A DNA stretch of 64,000 bases from the NCBI GenBank assembly GCA_951406725.2, contig OX597834.1:8928001-8992000 (forward strand). The letters are read 5' to 3'. Positions within the stretch are counted from its first letter, which is position 1. Every line of letters starts with the position of its first letter. Shown in pieces: positions 40,031 to 54,854 of this stretch. The notes under the pieces are model-generated. The model made no database searches, had not been told where the DNA came from, and saw only the letters and a list, made by a program, of their open reading frames with translations. Origin of the DNA: Octopus vulgaris. Taxonomy: Eukaryota. A program made the position numbers and the translations under genes.

Positions 40031-40450
40031 AGGCGCAGGCGTGGCTTTGTGGTAAGTAGCTTGCTTACCAACCACATGGTTCCGGGTTCAGTCCCACTGC
40101 GTGGCATCTTGGGCAAGTGTCTTCTGCTATAACCTCGGGCCGACCAAAGCCTTGTGAGTGGATTTGGTAGACGGAAACTGAAAGAAGCCAGTCGTATATA
40201 TATGTGAATATATATATGTTTGTGTGTGTGTGTGTGTGTGTTTGTGTGTCTGTTTGACACCCTAGCATTGCTTGACAACCGATGCTGGTGTGTTTACGTC
40301 GCCGTCACTTAGCGGTTAGGCCAGAGAGACAATAGAATAAGTACTGGGCTTACAAAGAATAAGTCCTGGGGTGGATTTGCTCGACTAAAGGCGGTGCTCC
40401 AGCATGGCCGCAGTCAAATGACTGAAACAATTAAAAGAGAGTAAAAGAGT
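40031..40450 (+). mobile_element. SINE family A, full length
   Basis: Head-to-tail match to the other copies. Confidence 0.92.
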
Positions 40451-42136
40451 ATACTGGAAGCATAACAATGTTTGAGGTGGTCTGTTGAGCCCAAATGTAG
40501 CTAAGTCATTAGGTTTGTTGTATATGGACACGGCTTTCAAAGATACATTGATAATTGCTACCTCTATGCATGCTACTTTGTAATCATGGAGGACATGTTG
40601 CAATTTCTACTGTCTTCCGATTGCATATTGTCAGCAAACAATGGTAAATTATGGAAGTTTCATCTCAGCGTCGTTTTGAAAGTGGTTGAGGTAAATAAAT
40701 ATTAAACACGGTGAAGAAAGGCTTTAGCTGTTCAGCCATCCAGCACGAAATATTTCGAATTCTCTATTGTTGTGAATTGACGCTGGTAGTGAGATCTTCA
40801 GCACTTACTAGGCATGTCATTGCTGAGGTAGCTACATAACTCAGGCGCTGCAATGTCGCTTTATTGCCCCTTTTGCTGTGTATTGGTATCATTAGTGTAT
40901 ATAAGTGCACTGCGATATCGGTAGGGGTTCAGGATTTTTAATGAGTTGTCTACATTGAATCACTGTTTCTAAAATAAAATAAAATAAATGTTTTTCATGG
41001 TTAGAGAACAGGGGTCATCTTGAATCTGTGGTCTTTCTTGCGCTCTGAGATACAATAAAGATGGTTTTTCTTTCAATGTTCTCGTTTCGTTATGTGTGTA
41101 CAAGAAACGAACCAGTATTGTTGTAGTAATGGATGGTGATACTGCAGCGAATGGGACTTGGGCTATCAGAATAGATATCAGCTAATGCATAGTTTTTATT
41201 GGCTGGGAAGAAGATAGGGACAAATGGACCAATGTCGCCTCTGTGAATTGTATGATTATTGGTATTTTTGTAATTGTGTGTTTGCTACCTGGAAGATAGA
41301 TGAAAAGACAATCATCTTGTAGGCATATTCTTACATTGGTTTAAAAGTGGAAAGAGCTATTCGTAAGAACGGCATGAAGCGCAACGATTCGTGTTTTGAT
41401 GTCCCTGAGTCATTACCTGGCGTTGGAATGGTTAAAAGTTAGGTTTTGCATGTCGCCATGGCATCCGTAATAGTTTAATCTAATGAACGGTCTTTGATTT
41501 GAAGAAGCGTATTTTTGGAGTGAGATGATAAAGAAGGAGATAACACTGATATCTTTTTGCTGGTGAAAATAATAATTGTATTAGTTGTGGATAACAACGG
41601 CGACGATGATGGCGAAGAAGATTGTAATAGGTACACGGTTCCTTTGCTATGGGAATAGATTTGGTAATTAAGGAGTGGAATCACGTGCTTTATCAACAGG
41701 GGAGTGTTTGACAGCAGAAGAAGTCAGTGCTAAGTGGAGTTTGCTATTTCTATCGTTTTTCATATTTTTGCTCCTGCTAAACATTACCAGACAAAATTAT
41801 TGAATAGAATTTCTCGACATATTTTTTAAACACGATGGAAATCTTTTGAGATCTGTCTTTCTTTATATATTTATTTTTAGTTTGTCTAGCTAATCGATTA
41901 TTTAAAAGAGATAGGACAATTTTGTCAGTGATGTTATTGATAATTCATGTTTATAGAAGCCGGGTTTGTTTATCTTAACAGGTCCTATACTTTCTTTATT
42001 CGAATGCGTGCAACCGTCGCATTAACATTCTAAAATGGAACAGTGACGTTTAGAATCAATATAATCGACTAACCCTTCCCCTCAAAATTTCTGACCTTGT
42101 GCCTAAGTCAGAAATCAACATATTCCACATCATAAT

Positions 42137-42277
42137 TTTCTTCTTCTTCTTCTTCTTCTAACTTCTTCTTCTTCCTCTTCTAACTTCTTCTTCTTCCTCT
42201 TCTAACTTCTTCTTCTTCCTCTTCTAACTTCTTCTTCCTCTTCTAATTTCTTCTTCTTCCACTTCCTTTTCCTCTTC
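42137..42277. repeat. (CTT)n with a higher-order unit containing CTAA
   Basis: Directly visible. Confidence 0.9.
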
Positions 42278-42296
42278 AATATTATTATTGTTATTT

Positions 42297-42690
42297 TATG
42301 CTTGAATTTTGCTTTACATTTGTACAAGTTGGCACCAAGTCTCACCCAGAGACCTCAAGAGACAACGAGTTGGAACTTCGTGTTGGTGTTATGCTTAGGG
42401 TGCCATATATTCGGTTTTGTACTTAGTGTTGTTCTAGAGAATGTTTAAGAAACCATAAGAAAATAATGTTTGTTTTAAAACTTGAGATTACATAGAAAGT
42501 ATTTTGCGTAGGATATGAGCAGTTCCCATGAGCACTATCTTTTGAATTTCTGCCATTTTGGGGCTTCCTGGTATCTGAGCTAGGTAGCAATCATCCCCTT
42601 TTGCTATCATTCCCATAGCACCTATGACAACAGGTATTGTTTTAGTCTTCAGGTTCCACATTTTGCTAAATTCTATTTCAAGATCTTTTT
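42297..42690 (-). mobile_element. 3' end of an R4/Dong-type (restriction-like endonuclease) non-LTR retrotransposon
   Basis: 42688->42488 translates KDLEIEFSKMWNLKTKTIPVVIGAMGMIAKG...EIQKIVLMGTAHILRKILSM*, the typical RLE C-terminus, followed by a 3' UTR. (TAA)n lies on both sides. Not present in the ORF track. Confidence 0.85.
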
Positions 42691-42718
42691 GTTATTATTA
42701 TTAGTATTATTATTATCA

Positions 42719-43240
42719 AGGCAGTGGATGCCATCAAAGTGACATTGAGGTCAAATATAGGAAACCCAGTATACACATCGTGACAACCCGTCTGATAAGG
42801 GTATACCAGGCACATGCATCACAACCAAATGTGTGCGACATAGTGAACTCATATCAATGTAAATAGCGTATCACCTCGGAGGTGGGGCTCAGTTAGAATA
42901 TCCTTCAAGTTGAGTAGCTCGTCCCGCTCAAAAAATACTTGAAGACCTGTTATCTAAGTTTGTTGAACGAAACATCCATGTTTCCAAAGGTGTATTGTTC
43001 AAACCTCGAAAAATTCCTTTCAACACATGGCTATGATGCCACCCCCATTACCTCTGCTCGTGATCAGAGGTGCACATAACGTCAGCCACCAAGGGTCATG
43101 CTCAACTGGTTAAGGTCAAACAACTGACAAGCAAATCTGTGGTATTGAGCAGAATATTTATTGTAGCCCATCTTTTATACCAAGACAAAACAATGTACAT
43201 GATAACACTTTCAAACAGTTAAGATCAAAAGACACGAGGG
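42719..43240. repeat. Unclassified interspersed repeat
   Basis: Its right end (43151-43238) has an inverted homologue at 44134-44221. Bounded by (ATT)n tracts. Confidence 0.45.
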
Positions 43241-43241
43241 C

Positions 43242-43290
43242 TATTATTATTACTATTATTATTATTATTATTATTATTATTGTTATTGTT

Positions 43291-43325
<35 letters not shown>

Positions 43326-43497
43326 CATTATTACTATTATTATTATTATTACTATTATTATTATTATTATTATTACCATTATTATTATCATTATTATTAT
43401 TATTATTATTACTATTATTATTATTATTATTATTATTATCATTATTATTATTATTATTATTATTACTATTATTATTATTATTATTATTACCATTATT

Positions 43498-43528
<31 letters not shown>

Positions 43529-43637
43529 CTATTATTATTATTATTATTATTATCATTATTATTATTATCATTATTATTATTATTATTACTATTATTATTA
43601 TTATTATTATTACTATTATTATTATTATTATTATTAC

Positions 43638-43673
<36 letters not shown>

Positions 43674-43790
43674 TAGCATTATTATTATTATTATTATTAT
43701 TGCTATTATTATTATTATTATTATTGCTATTATTATTATTATTATTATCATTATTATTATTATTATTATCATTATTATTATTATTATTAC

Positions 43791-43826
<36 letters not shown>

Positions 43827-43867
43827 TATTATTACTATTATTATTATTATTATTATTATTACTATTA

Positions 43868-43919
<52 letters not shown>

Positions 43920-43935
43920 TGCTGTTGTTGTTATT
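43242..43935. repeat. About 690-bp (ATT)n microsatellite with ATC/ACT variants
   Basis: Directly visible; source of the poly-Ile and poly-Leu ORFs. Confidence 0.97.
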
Positions 43936-43949
43936 ATTTTTAAGGGTGC

Positions 43950-44355
43950 TTGAGCTAGCATAATCGTTAGCTCGCTAGGCAAAGTATTTAGCTGCATTTC
44001 CCTTTTTAAGTTCCGAGCCCAAATACCAGCCGAGGCCTACCTTGCCTTTCATTATTTCATAATTGATAAAATAAATACCATAATAATAATAATAATAATA
44101 ACAATAGCTCCGATGTAGGACGAGGCAACGATTCTCGTGGCATTTTATCTTAAATGATTGGAAGTGTTATCATATACATTGATTTGTCTTGGCATAAAAG
44201 ATAGGCTACAGCAAATATTCTCAAGCCTTACGTTGCCTTTCATCATTTCATGGTCTATAAAATAAATACCAGTCATGTAGTGGGGTCGATGTAATCGTCT
44301 TCCTCAGCTTTTTCCTTCCAAATTTCAGGCCCTGTGCCTAGATTAGAAAAGATCA
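43950..44355 (+). mobile_element. Old SINE family B-related copy, interrupted
   Basis: TGAGCTAGCATAATCGTTAGC head. The TTGCCTTT..CAT..ATAAAATAAATACCA block occurs twice. CCAAATTTCAGGCCCTGTGCCTAGA tail. Confidence 0.65.
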
Positions 44356-44365
44356 TTAAGATCAT

Positions 44366-44765
44366 AGGCGCAGGAGTGGCTGTGTGGTAAGTAGCTTGCT
44401 AACCAACCACATGGTTCCGGATTCAGTCCCACTGCGCGGCATCTTGGGCAATTGTCTTCTGCTATAGCCCCGGGCCGACCAATGCCTTGTGAGTGGATTT
44501 GGTAGACGGAAACTAAAAGAAGCCTGTCGTATATATGTATGTATGTATATGTATGTATGTATGTGTGTGTGTGTGTGCCTCTGTTTGTCCCCCTAGCAAC
44601 CGATGCTGGTGTGTTTACGTCCCCGTCACCTAGCGGTTCGGCAAAAAGAGATCGATAGAATAAGTACTGGGCTTACAAAGAATAAGTCCCTGGGTCGAGT
44701 TGCTCGATTAAAGGTGGTGCTCCAGCATGGCCGCAGTCAAATGACTGAAACAAGTAAGAGAGTAA
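44366..44765 (+). mobile_element. SINE family A, full length
   Basis: Head-to-tail match. Confidence 0.92.
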
Positions 44766-45243
44766 CTGCTCCTTTTTTTTATTTTCATTGGCTGTCTAGT
44801 ATATGAAACTACTTGCTATGTTTTACCATTTCAAAAGATAATCTGAATTTTCTGCGAGCTAAATATCTGACACAAATACATATATTTAGGCAAATATATT
44901 CACATACAGAATAATTACCAGTGAAAAATCTGTTCTACTCATTTGAGATCTAATACATTTGTCGTATATGTGAACATTACATGAAAATAAATCAGGAATG
45001 TTTGTAAAGCAATAGACAGTAGCAATGTACGCCTGAATAGTTAGCATAAATGCTGGGTCAGTCATAACAATGGGAACAGTTCTTAAAGTTCATTTTTATA
45101 CTGTCTTCCTAATACAATGTCTGTCTTTTGACATATATCTTCTGATTGTTTTCCTACTTACGTAGATGTTTCTTCAATTTTCTTTTGTTTCTTCCGTCAC
45201 CTACGTCTTTTGTCTTTCGTAGTTTGTCTTTTTATTCAACCCG

Positions 45244-45550
45244 CTTCTTTTTCTTCTTCTTCACCTTCTTCTTCTCATTCTCATTCTTCTTCTCCTTCTC
45301 ATTCTTCTTCTCCTTCTTCTCCTTCTTCTTCGTCTTCACCTTCTTCTTCTCCACCTTCTTTACCTTCTTCTTCTCCTTCACCTTCTTCTTCTTCTTCTTC
45401 ACCTTCTTCTTCTTCACCTTCTTGAATCTTCTTGAATCTTTTTTTCTTCAATATTCTTCTTCTCCTTCTTTCTCTTGAATCTTCTTTTTCTTCGATATTC
45501 TTCTCCTTCTCCTTCTCTTCTCATTCTCCTCCACCTCCTTCTCCTCCTTG
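45244..45550. repeat. (CTT)n pyrimidine-rich tract
   Basis: Directly visible. Confidence 0.95.
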
Positions 45551-46395
45551 CCGTATTGTTTAATTCTTTGTCAATTCCCATTGTCTTTTTTCTTTTCCTC
45601 TTCAATTTTTGTCCTTCTTTCATTCTCCTTCATTTTACACTGCTTTCTTGTATCTACTTTATTAACTACGTCTTTACTGCATTAACTGCTTATATCTGAT
45701 ATGTGTCGTCTGTCTCTAGCAAATATGCGTCCGCCTAATTTTCCTATAGACGTATGTTTATCTATTCTTTTAGATTTATTTAAATTATTTGCAGAATTCT
45801 ATTCCATCACCAACAATGTGACAAAGCTTCTTTGTTTGACTAAAGACAGTTCGTTCCAAGCATTTATCATTATTTGAGTAAGTTATCATGTGGCTATATA
45901 TGAGTACGTGTGTGGAGCTGTTTGCAAGCCTCTAATATATGCACACGTCTCTTTAGTACTCCAGTGTGTTATTGCTTTTCCTGTATCGGCCGTATGCATA
46001 TATATATATACGATGCTGGTGTCTATGTATTTTTCAAGACGAATCAAATGGACAGTATTTGGAATGTCTTGCATATACTTACCGAATCACTAATGGACTG
46101 GATTTAAAGAATGAGATTTATCTTGATCTGTTTTTCTTAGAAAACGCCAAAATTTCCAGGCGTTTATTCAAATATGCCATTGCATAGACTAATAAAGATA
46201 TAATTATAGAATTATAAGAGGACGTCTAGCAAGGAGAGAAAGAGAATATTTGCATCACTTCTCTCTTCTGGATATTTAGTCGGGTCCAGCACTTATGCTG
46301 GGAAGATATCCTCTGTCAAACACATTAGCATAAATACTATTTCGTTTGCACCGATTTTGTTATGAGAATTTATTATTTTTTAAAATCTTTTACCA

Positions 46396-46532
46396 TTTAC
46401 TAGTTTCAGTCATTAGACTGCGGTTATGCTTGGGCACCGCCATGTAGAATTTCAGACGAACGAATCGATCCTAGTATTTGATTTTTAAAGCTGGTATTTA
46501 TTCAACCAGTCTCTTTTGCCAAACTACTAAAT
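46396..46532 (-). mobile_element. Diverged SINE family A 3' fragment
   Basis: TTTACTAGTTTCAGTCATTAGACTGCGGTTATGCTTGGGCACCGCC. Confidence 0.65.
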
Positions 46533-48134
46533 TCCAGTTGCGAAGCGTTGGTATCTCTCTCTCTCTCTCTATCAAACACACACACACACAGAAAAATTAA
46601 GATTTTCGCCATATAATTGCGCAGGGGCTACGCTAACCATTTTGGTATCGTCCCAGTTGTAGAGTAGGTGCCGCCTAATGTAGTACGTTCCGATAATATT
46701 CCAACATTATGCAAAATCCTCAGCAGTGTACCTAGAGTAGGGTTTTCTATTATCTTCTGTTTCTGCGAATGATTATCCTTACCGCCAATGATCCGTACAT
46801 ACTTCATACTAAAGCGTTTTACCATTATGCGTGATTCATGTCCTGAATAAAGTTTTCAGCAGCTGCTTATAGTGATAAAGATAGTATTTCATAATATCAT
46901 GTTACAATCGATACTTTCCGTTCGAACGTAAAGGGATGGCATCTTTATTTATCATCTGATTAAACATTCGGTGCCTGTCTCTCCTTCATGAATAGCGGAA
47001 GAGTATCTGGGAGAAGCCAGGCGTAATACCATTAGCAGTAATTCAAAAGAGACTAAATTTCCCCTCATTATTTTATTTTCCAGTATGAAAGAAAAGGCCT
47101 TATATTATATATTCTATTGTTATAAAGTAGTTTTCTGCAAATATTATTTTAAAATATAAAAGTTTAGATTTCTTTGATCAAATGAAATAGCTGTATACTC
47201 TCTATACTTTCTCATGGAGTATCCAAGTATTTCAATATTGTTTTCACACGTTGGTAGAATTGTGATCTATTCTCTTCACAATTTACCCTTCATTAATCTG
47301 ACTTATGGGAATTGATTCTTAACACCGCTTTTTTTTTTTCTCCTTAACGTATGCCACCAAATCTATCTCAATTAAAAGGAAGATTGTCCTTCTTACACTC
47401 GATTCAGAATCTATCATTGCTGCTGGATTTTTCTTATTCTTATTATCCAATTTCACATATATTCAAATAGCTAATCTAGTATCACAAATGTGTTACTCAA
47501 GCAAACATCATGTAATATTATATTACACCACATCTTCCCTCGTATTAAGCCTTAAAGGTATAATTCTGCTGACACATCTGTTTGTTTCACTACTAAGTGT
47601 GTAATATTACAAACGCTGATAAGGTTAGAAGTAAGCAACACATTTCTGCTCTTCACTGCTATGTACACTTAAACTGACGAAATTCTTTTCCTATATTACT
47701 TAATGGTATTTGATGCTATTTAATATTATTTATGGTAATTGGTGTCTTAAATGATATTTTATATTATTGAAACGATCAAGTGTAAGTGGCAATATTTTTC
47801 TTTCTATTTCGATTTTAAACTGTAACCATGATATTATCTCACCGACGTTGACAAATGGTTCCCTATCAGAATGAAAACAGCACAAAGAGCCGCCATATTG
47901 AAATATTCTTGACGATAACCCAATTCTATTCATCACAAAACATGTTGTGTATATTCAATGTATGCCTTATGTATAACATAATATAGAATTTGAACTTGCA
48001 TATTGAGTCAATGACACAAAAAGAGTTAAGTCGGATTCTTTCGTTGGCAGAATCGTTACCGGGACGGGCAAAACGCTTAGTGACATTTCGTTCGTCTTTA
48101 AGTTTGAGTTCAAATCAGCCGGGGATGTTGAATT

Positions 48135-48718
<584 letters not shown>

Positions 48719-48916
48719 ATTTCACGCTTTAGAGGTCGATGAAAAATAGGTAGCAGTTAAACAATTGTGTCGATGCAACCGACACACAACCAACTCGGAA
48801 ATTGCGGGCCGTCTTCCAAAATTAGAAATCAATAGTTACGCCTCTTCCGCTCTCCTTTGCACAGTGAACCGTAGAAGATAGTTGCTCGAGGTGCTGCTTA
48901 GCAGCAACGATTCTGG

Positions 48917-48970
<54 letters not shown>

Positions 48971-48972
<2 letters not shown>

Positions 48973-49363
48973 TCTTTACTCTTCTACTTGTTTCAGTCAT
49001 TTGACTGCGGCCATGCTGGAGCACCGCCTTTAGTCGAGCAAATCGACCCCGGAACTTATTCTTCGTAAGCCCAGTACTTATTCTATCGGTTTCTTAGGCC
49101 GAACTGCTAAGTGACGGGGACGTAAACACACCAGCATCGGTTGTCAAGCAATGCTAGAGGAACAAACACAAACACACACACATACACATATATACAAATA
49201 TATACATATATACGGCAGGCTTCTTTCAGTTTCCGTCTACCAAATCCACTCACAAGGCATTGGTCGGCCCGAGGCTATAGCAGAAGACACTTGCCCAAGG
49301 TGCCACACAGTGGGACTGAACCCAGAACCATGTGGTTGGTAGGCAAGCTACTTACCACACAGC
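48971..49363 (-). mobile_element. SINE family A
   Basis: Reverse complement of the family A consensus. Confidence 0.92.
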
Positions 49364-50061
49364 GGTGAATAAGCTGTCGTTTAAATTTCGCAAAAATAAA
49401 AATAACACTGACATCTCATTTTAACATACAAATTTACGAAAAATTACATAAAAATATTTTGAAATACTACAGAGTAAATTTATTCAATGTCCCCTATATC
49501 CATTCCAATAACTTCATTATATTCCATATGCCATCCATTAACGGGTTTTTTTTAGGTTTACACCAATAGCATTTCCCTTCCGCAAGCCCACCATAAAACA
49601 GCTGTGTGGGTGGGCGTTCAAACGTCATTCGAACAATATGGCCACACCATTTCATTTGGTTTTTCAAAATCATTGCTTTGATTAAGGTGATGCCTGCTGA
49701 TGCAAGGACATGCGTGTTTGGATTAAAAGAACTCTATTTAATGTTTAAAATGCGATGGAGGTGTTTTTGGTGGAATTGTTCTAAGAATTTAAAATGTCTT
49801 TCATTATATGTCCACGTTTTAGAAGAATACGACAGGGATGATAGCAAGATGGATTTGAAAAGAGAGAATTTTGTATTGTTATTTATATGCCGTTGGCGCC
49901 AAACGCGTGACTTCGAACTACTAAATGCTTGTAATGTCCTTGGAATTCGCAGAAATATTTCTGTATCCAGATTTCAATCACTTTCTACAGAGCTTCCAAG
50001 GTAGATGAAAGAATCAACCTGCTCAAATAGCTTATTCTTAACATACATACATAAACGCATA

Positions 50062-50447
50062 GTGGAGGCCCAGTGGTTAGGGCAGCGGACTCGCGGTCAT
50101 AGGATCGTAGTTTCGATTCCCAGACCGGGCGTTGTGAGTGTTTATTGAGCGAAAACACCTAAAGCTCCAATAGGCTCCGGCAGGGGATGGTGGTGATCCC
50201 TGCTGTACTCTTTCACTACAACTTTCTCTCACTCTTACTTCCTGTTTCTTTTGTACCTGTATTTCAAAGGGCCGGCCTTGTCACTCTCTGTGTCACGCTG
50301 AATATACCCGAGAACTACGTTAAGGGTACACGTGTCTGTGGAGTGCTCAGCCACTTACACGTTAATTTCACGAACAGGCTGTTCCGTTGATTCGGATCAA
50401 CCGGAACCGTCGTCGTCGTAACCGACGGAGTGCTTCCATTCCATTCC
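50062..50447 (+). mobile_element. SINE family C, near full length
   Basis: tRNA-like head, body shared with the 8082 copy, (TTCCA)n tail, imperfect TSD ACATAAA..CATA. Confidence 0.9.
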
Positions 50448-50552
50448 ACATAAATACATACACACATACATGCATACACTCATACAAACATGCATACATA
50501 CACACATATAGCTATGAGTTTATATCCTCGTAACTTATCGATTTGGTTAAAG

Positions 50553-51133
50553 ATTTTGTCAGGAAAACTATCAGGATTAGAAAGAAATGAATTGCTTGAG
50601 ACAGATTTATTTGGGTAAAACTATAGAAGGTGGTGCTACAGCATGGCCACTGTCGGAAGACTGAAATACGTAAAAGATAAAATATAGAAGATACATATAT
50701 CTGTCTGTTTGTGTTTGTTAGTGTCTGTGATTTTGTATGTGTTTGTGTGCGTTTGTGTGTATGTGTTTATGTGGTTGTGTTTGTATCTGTGTGTATTTAT
50801 ATGTCTGTGTGTGTGTCTGTGTATTTGAGGTTGTGGTGAGTGTTGCGTGTCTATTCATGTGTGTGTAGTGATAGATAAATAGACAGTTCGATATATAGAT
50901 AGATAGATGGATAGATAGATGGATAGATAGATAGATCGCTGGCTAGATAGATAGATAGAATGTCAGATAGGTAGATGGAGAGACAGATATATAGGTAAGT
51001 AGATATATGGAGAGATAGATAGATAGATAGATAGATGGAGAGAGAGATAGATATATGGATAGATAGATAGAGAGAGAGATGGAGAGATGGATATGTGTAC
51101 GTTTGACTTGATTCAGCAATTAGTTTTCAGCTG
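50553..51133. repeat. Right arm of the inverted duplication (old SINE A tail plus (GATA)n)
   Basis: Inverted partner of 48135-48718. Confidence 0.85.
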
Positions 51134-51746
51134 TTCATTCTACTGAAGCAGCTGCTCATTAAATTACAGTGCAAGTGGGTCAATGTTTCACAGACATGTG
51201 TACCTTTAGCTTAATTCTCAACAGTCATTTTATTGCGTTCACAAAGCTGAACATGAGAATTACACCGAGATACAATCTAACGGTCATCACATACATGACA
51301 CAAAGGAAGAATGAGCGAATGAAAGAGAGAGAGTGAAAGAGAGACATAGCCAGTGTGCTATCTTTCTGATTAAGAAGTTTGCTTTCAAATACATTCCGCT
51401 GAGCGTCACATTACCCGCAGTTTAACCAATCAACATTGATTGGAATTTGCGTAGAAATTCCTGATATACACAAATGCACGCTTGATGACATGAATGTTTT
51501 GTATCACAAAAACAGACGCTGTACTTGTTTCGCCTTAAATTATCTATTTTCAGATACCGTATGTGTAGCTTAACAATCCTCGTTTCAGACTTTAATTCTT
51601 ATATTTTTTTCTTATTTCTGCATCTCTTATATTTTATTTACGGATATACATTTGTTTTAATTATAATTTTACACCCATTTGTGTTATTAATCTTAGTTGA
51701 CATCAGTTTTATATATCGATTCAATTGTTTATCACTCGCCCTCCCT

Positions 51747-51749
<3 letters not shown>

Positions 51750-51794
<45 letters not shown>

Positions 51795-51829
51795 GCACAC
51801 ACATATATATATACATACATACATGTATG

Positions 51830-51863
<34 letters not shown>

Positions 51864-52043
51864 TACATGTATGTATATATACATACATATATGTATGTAT
51901 ATATATAATTCACTGTCCTTTATACTTAATTATATTTAACGCTACCATATTTGTATAACGAAACGCGGTACACGTATCTATCTATCTATCTATCTCTCGC
52001 TCTCTATATATACATATATATATGTGTGTGTATATGCATATAT

Positions 52044-52075
<32 letters not shown>

Positions 52076-52132
52076 GTATGTATGCAGGCATGTGTATGTA
52101 TACATGTATATACATATATATGTGTGTGTGTA
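51750..52132. repeat. TA/CA/TATC microsatellite cluster
   Basis: Directly visible. Confidence 0.9.
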
Positions 52133-54803
52133 TGGGAGATAAGGGAGATAGAAAAGGAGATAAGGAAAGAAAGACAGTGGGAAAGACAAAGAGAAAGTGT
52201 GAAATACCGGATGATTATTCTTCTCCTCCTCATTTTTCTTTTTCTTCTTCTTATTGTTGTTGTTATTTCTCTCGCACATCTGTATCTTGTCAGACTATTC
52301 ACATGTATACACGCATTATGTACATACACGAGCAGTCGGTCCTCCTGTATCTAAATCTGTTATATTTTTAACATGGAGGAACACAACGTAACCATGTACT
52401 TGACATTTGCGAATATAATAAAATGTACACACACACGCGCAGTCGCATACACAACGTCCATGCACGCAAATATTCTCTAGCTTCACTAGGAAACCATTGG
52501 TCAAATCGTGTCCATCTGGGAACAGCACGCTGGCGAAGTTATTATAGATGCACGTATCTATGTTAATTTACGTTTCCTGGCACCACGAATACGGTTATAA
52601 AGAAAGCTTACAATCGATTAACCCGAATTCAGTGTACTACTGATACATAATCGAGCCAACGAGTGCAACAACTATAGTTTTGCTTGACCTGCTAGAATTA
52701 GCTGAATGTTTACCCTACCAAGATACGCAACCTTAGAAAATCTTAGCTTGGAACCGAGAAATCTAATAAGGAGAGTAGAGGAGGCGGTCAAAAAAGCCAG
52801 CTTCTATATATGGCTAAAGCGGGAATACCAAAAATGGCTTGAAAGTCATAACATGCCGGCGGAAAATAACATCTCTAGGTGAGACAAGCTGACACCGATT
52901 GACAGGTGACAGTCTCGTTTAGAGAATGCACATTTAGAGAATGTGCCGTTCGTTGGTCAGTTAAAGTTACTGGAGCTGGAGCCTGGCAGCTGGTATTTAA
53001 AGGGAAATTTGACAAGATAGACAGTAGCCCGCTGACACTCGTTGATGCGACATCGAAGAGGCCAGGGAACAGAAGAAAGAAGTCATGCACCCAGCACCAG
53101 AGCTGAAGACACATCCGAAAGTGGGGAGGGTGCCACGTCAAAACGGTAGAGGAGTAGGGGACGAAACCGGACGTGGTTCCTCCTGATGATGTCTTGAGCT
53201 AACTGGATCCTATGAAGGAGCTGTTTTGGTAGCAGATCACGAAACACGGTTGAAATTCCTCCTTTACCGCACCCAGAGAAAAAATATATTACAACGTTTT
53301 ACCACATAATATACTGATTTACAGCTGATCTGAAGTTTAAGGATAAAACTGTAATATTTTACTGTTACTTAGTTTTCATGTAAATAAGAGTCTTCATAAA
53401 ATGTGATGTTTATTCCTATAGAATTTGGAATTAAAACTAAGTGAATTGATACTAACTAGTTTAATTCATTTAAACCGACACTCTAACATTTCTGTTAACA
53501 ATCCACTCAAAATTTTCCAAATGTTATTAAAACTCTTAATCAGGCTCTCAATAAATTTTAAACTCGGGGAAGCAAGTACTTGACAGGGATCCAACGAGTT
53601 TATGAAACATACTTTTATTTTTGATTTGTTTTTTTTAATTTAGCAATTAAAAAGAAAAAAATAATCGTCAGAAAATTAAATTTGTCCAAACAAAATTATT
53701 TTCTTTATTTTTCACAATTTCTTTTTATTTTATTCATTTATATATATATTTTTTTGTTGGTTTGTAATTCCAAATCTTGAATCCGCCAACAAAATACTCA
53801 TTGATTTTTCTCGCGATTTATATTTTATCACATTTGTTATATGTTTGTTTTCAGGGAAACCTTTTCTATTAGATCCATATGTCACCGAACCAATCTAATT
53901 TCAGAATAAAACTGTTTCAAAGATGGTAGCGTGAAAATCTAAAAAAAGAAAAAGGGTTGTAAAGAACAAACATCATCGAACAATTTGTAAGTGGAGCTGA
54001 GGTCAGAGAGGCTAAACAAAATCAAACATGTCATTATTTGATTTATATATTAAATCTAATGAACGTATAATTCTTCTAAGCCGATCGTTTCAGAAAACAT
54101 TTGGAATTATTACAAAAGCATGTCGCCACACTGAGTTGAATCATATCCTTTTGATTTCTATAAATACCGGAAAAGAATCCTCACAACTCATACTGTACAT
54201 TAATAACTATAAACGGAATGGAGCAGCATCTAAGACTCTTTCATTTCATGGCCAGTAATATTAAGTAGAAAGAAAATTAATACTATGCAGACACGGTTTA
54301 TGAAAATGTAGCATAGTTTCCAGTGCAATAATGGAGCGACAGGAAATTGCATGTGTGAACAATATTGCTCGTTTTCTCCTAAAGGCATTAATTAGTTCGA
54401 CATAAATTATCTGAAATTACTGCAGGCAAGAATTGAAAATGGACGTGTGGGGTCATAGAACCGAGTGACTGGGGATTAGTTGGGATTCAGCACGAATGCA
54501 ACAGTCCAACTAATCTGGAGATTAACAAAGAGGGGAAAAAAAAAAATAAAAAGATATCGATGAAGGATTAAATATATTTGAGGAGCAACGAATTTGAGTT
54601 GGTTGTGAAGAGATGTTTTGAGATGAGGTGAAGATATTTTTCTTTTTCATGCTAAAGTTATTAACACGGATAAAGAAAGCACTTACAAAAATACGCTAAT
54701 GGGTAGCCATCCTTGTAGGGTTAGAGAAAAATTCACACGCATGCTCTTACCACCTCTATGTGAGTGGTGAGGTTGGGTGAAAAAGTGCGTATGTGTGCAT
54801 GTA

Positions 54804-54854
<51 letters not shown>

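Noticed and set aside
40500-41450. Possible decayed minus-strand LINE ORF2 (similar hints near 5.0-5.5 kb and 58.1-58.35 kb)
   Set aside because: Only isolated motif-like words; no sustained reading frame.
46628-46825. LGTLLRILHNV resembling an R4/Dong C-terminus
   Set aside because: A single weak motif without the upstream PVVIG block.
53100-53256. CTGAAGA..GAAACCGG and CTGATGA..GAAACACGG motifs
   Set aside because: Core words are present but stems I and II are unconvincing; possibly a decayed Penelope-like end.
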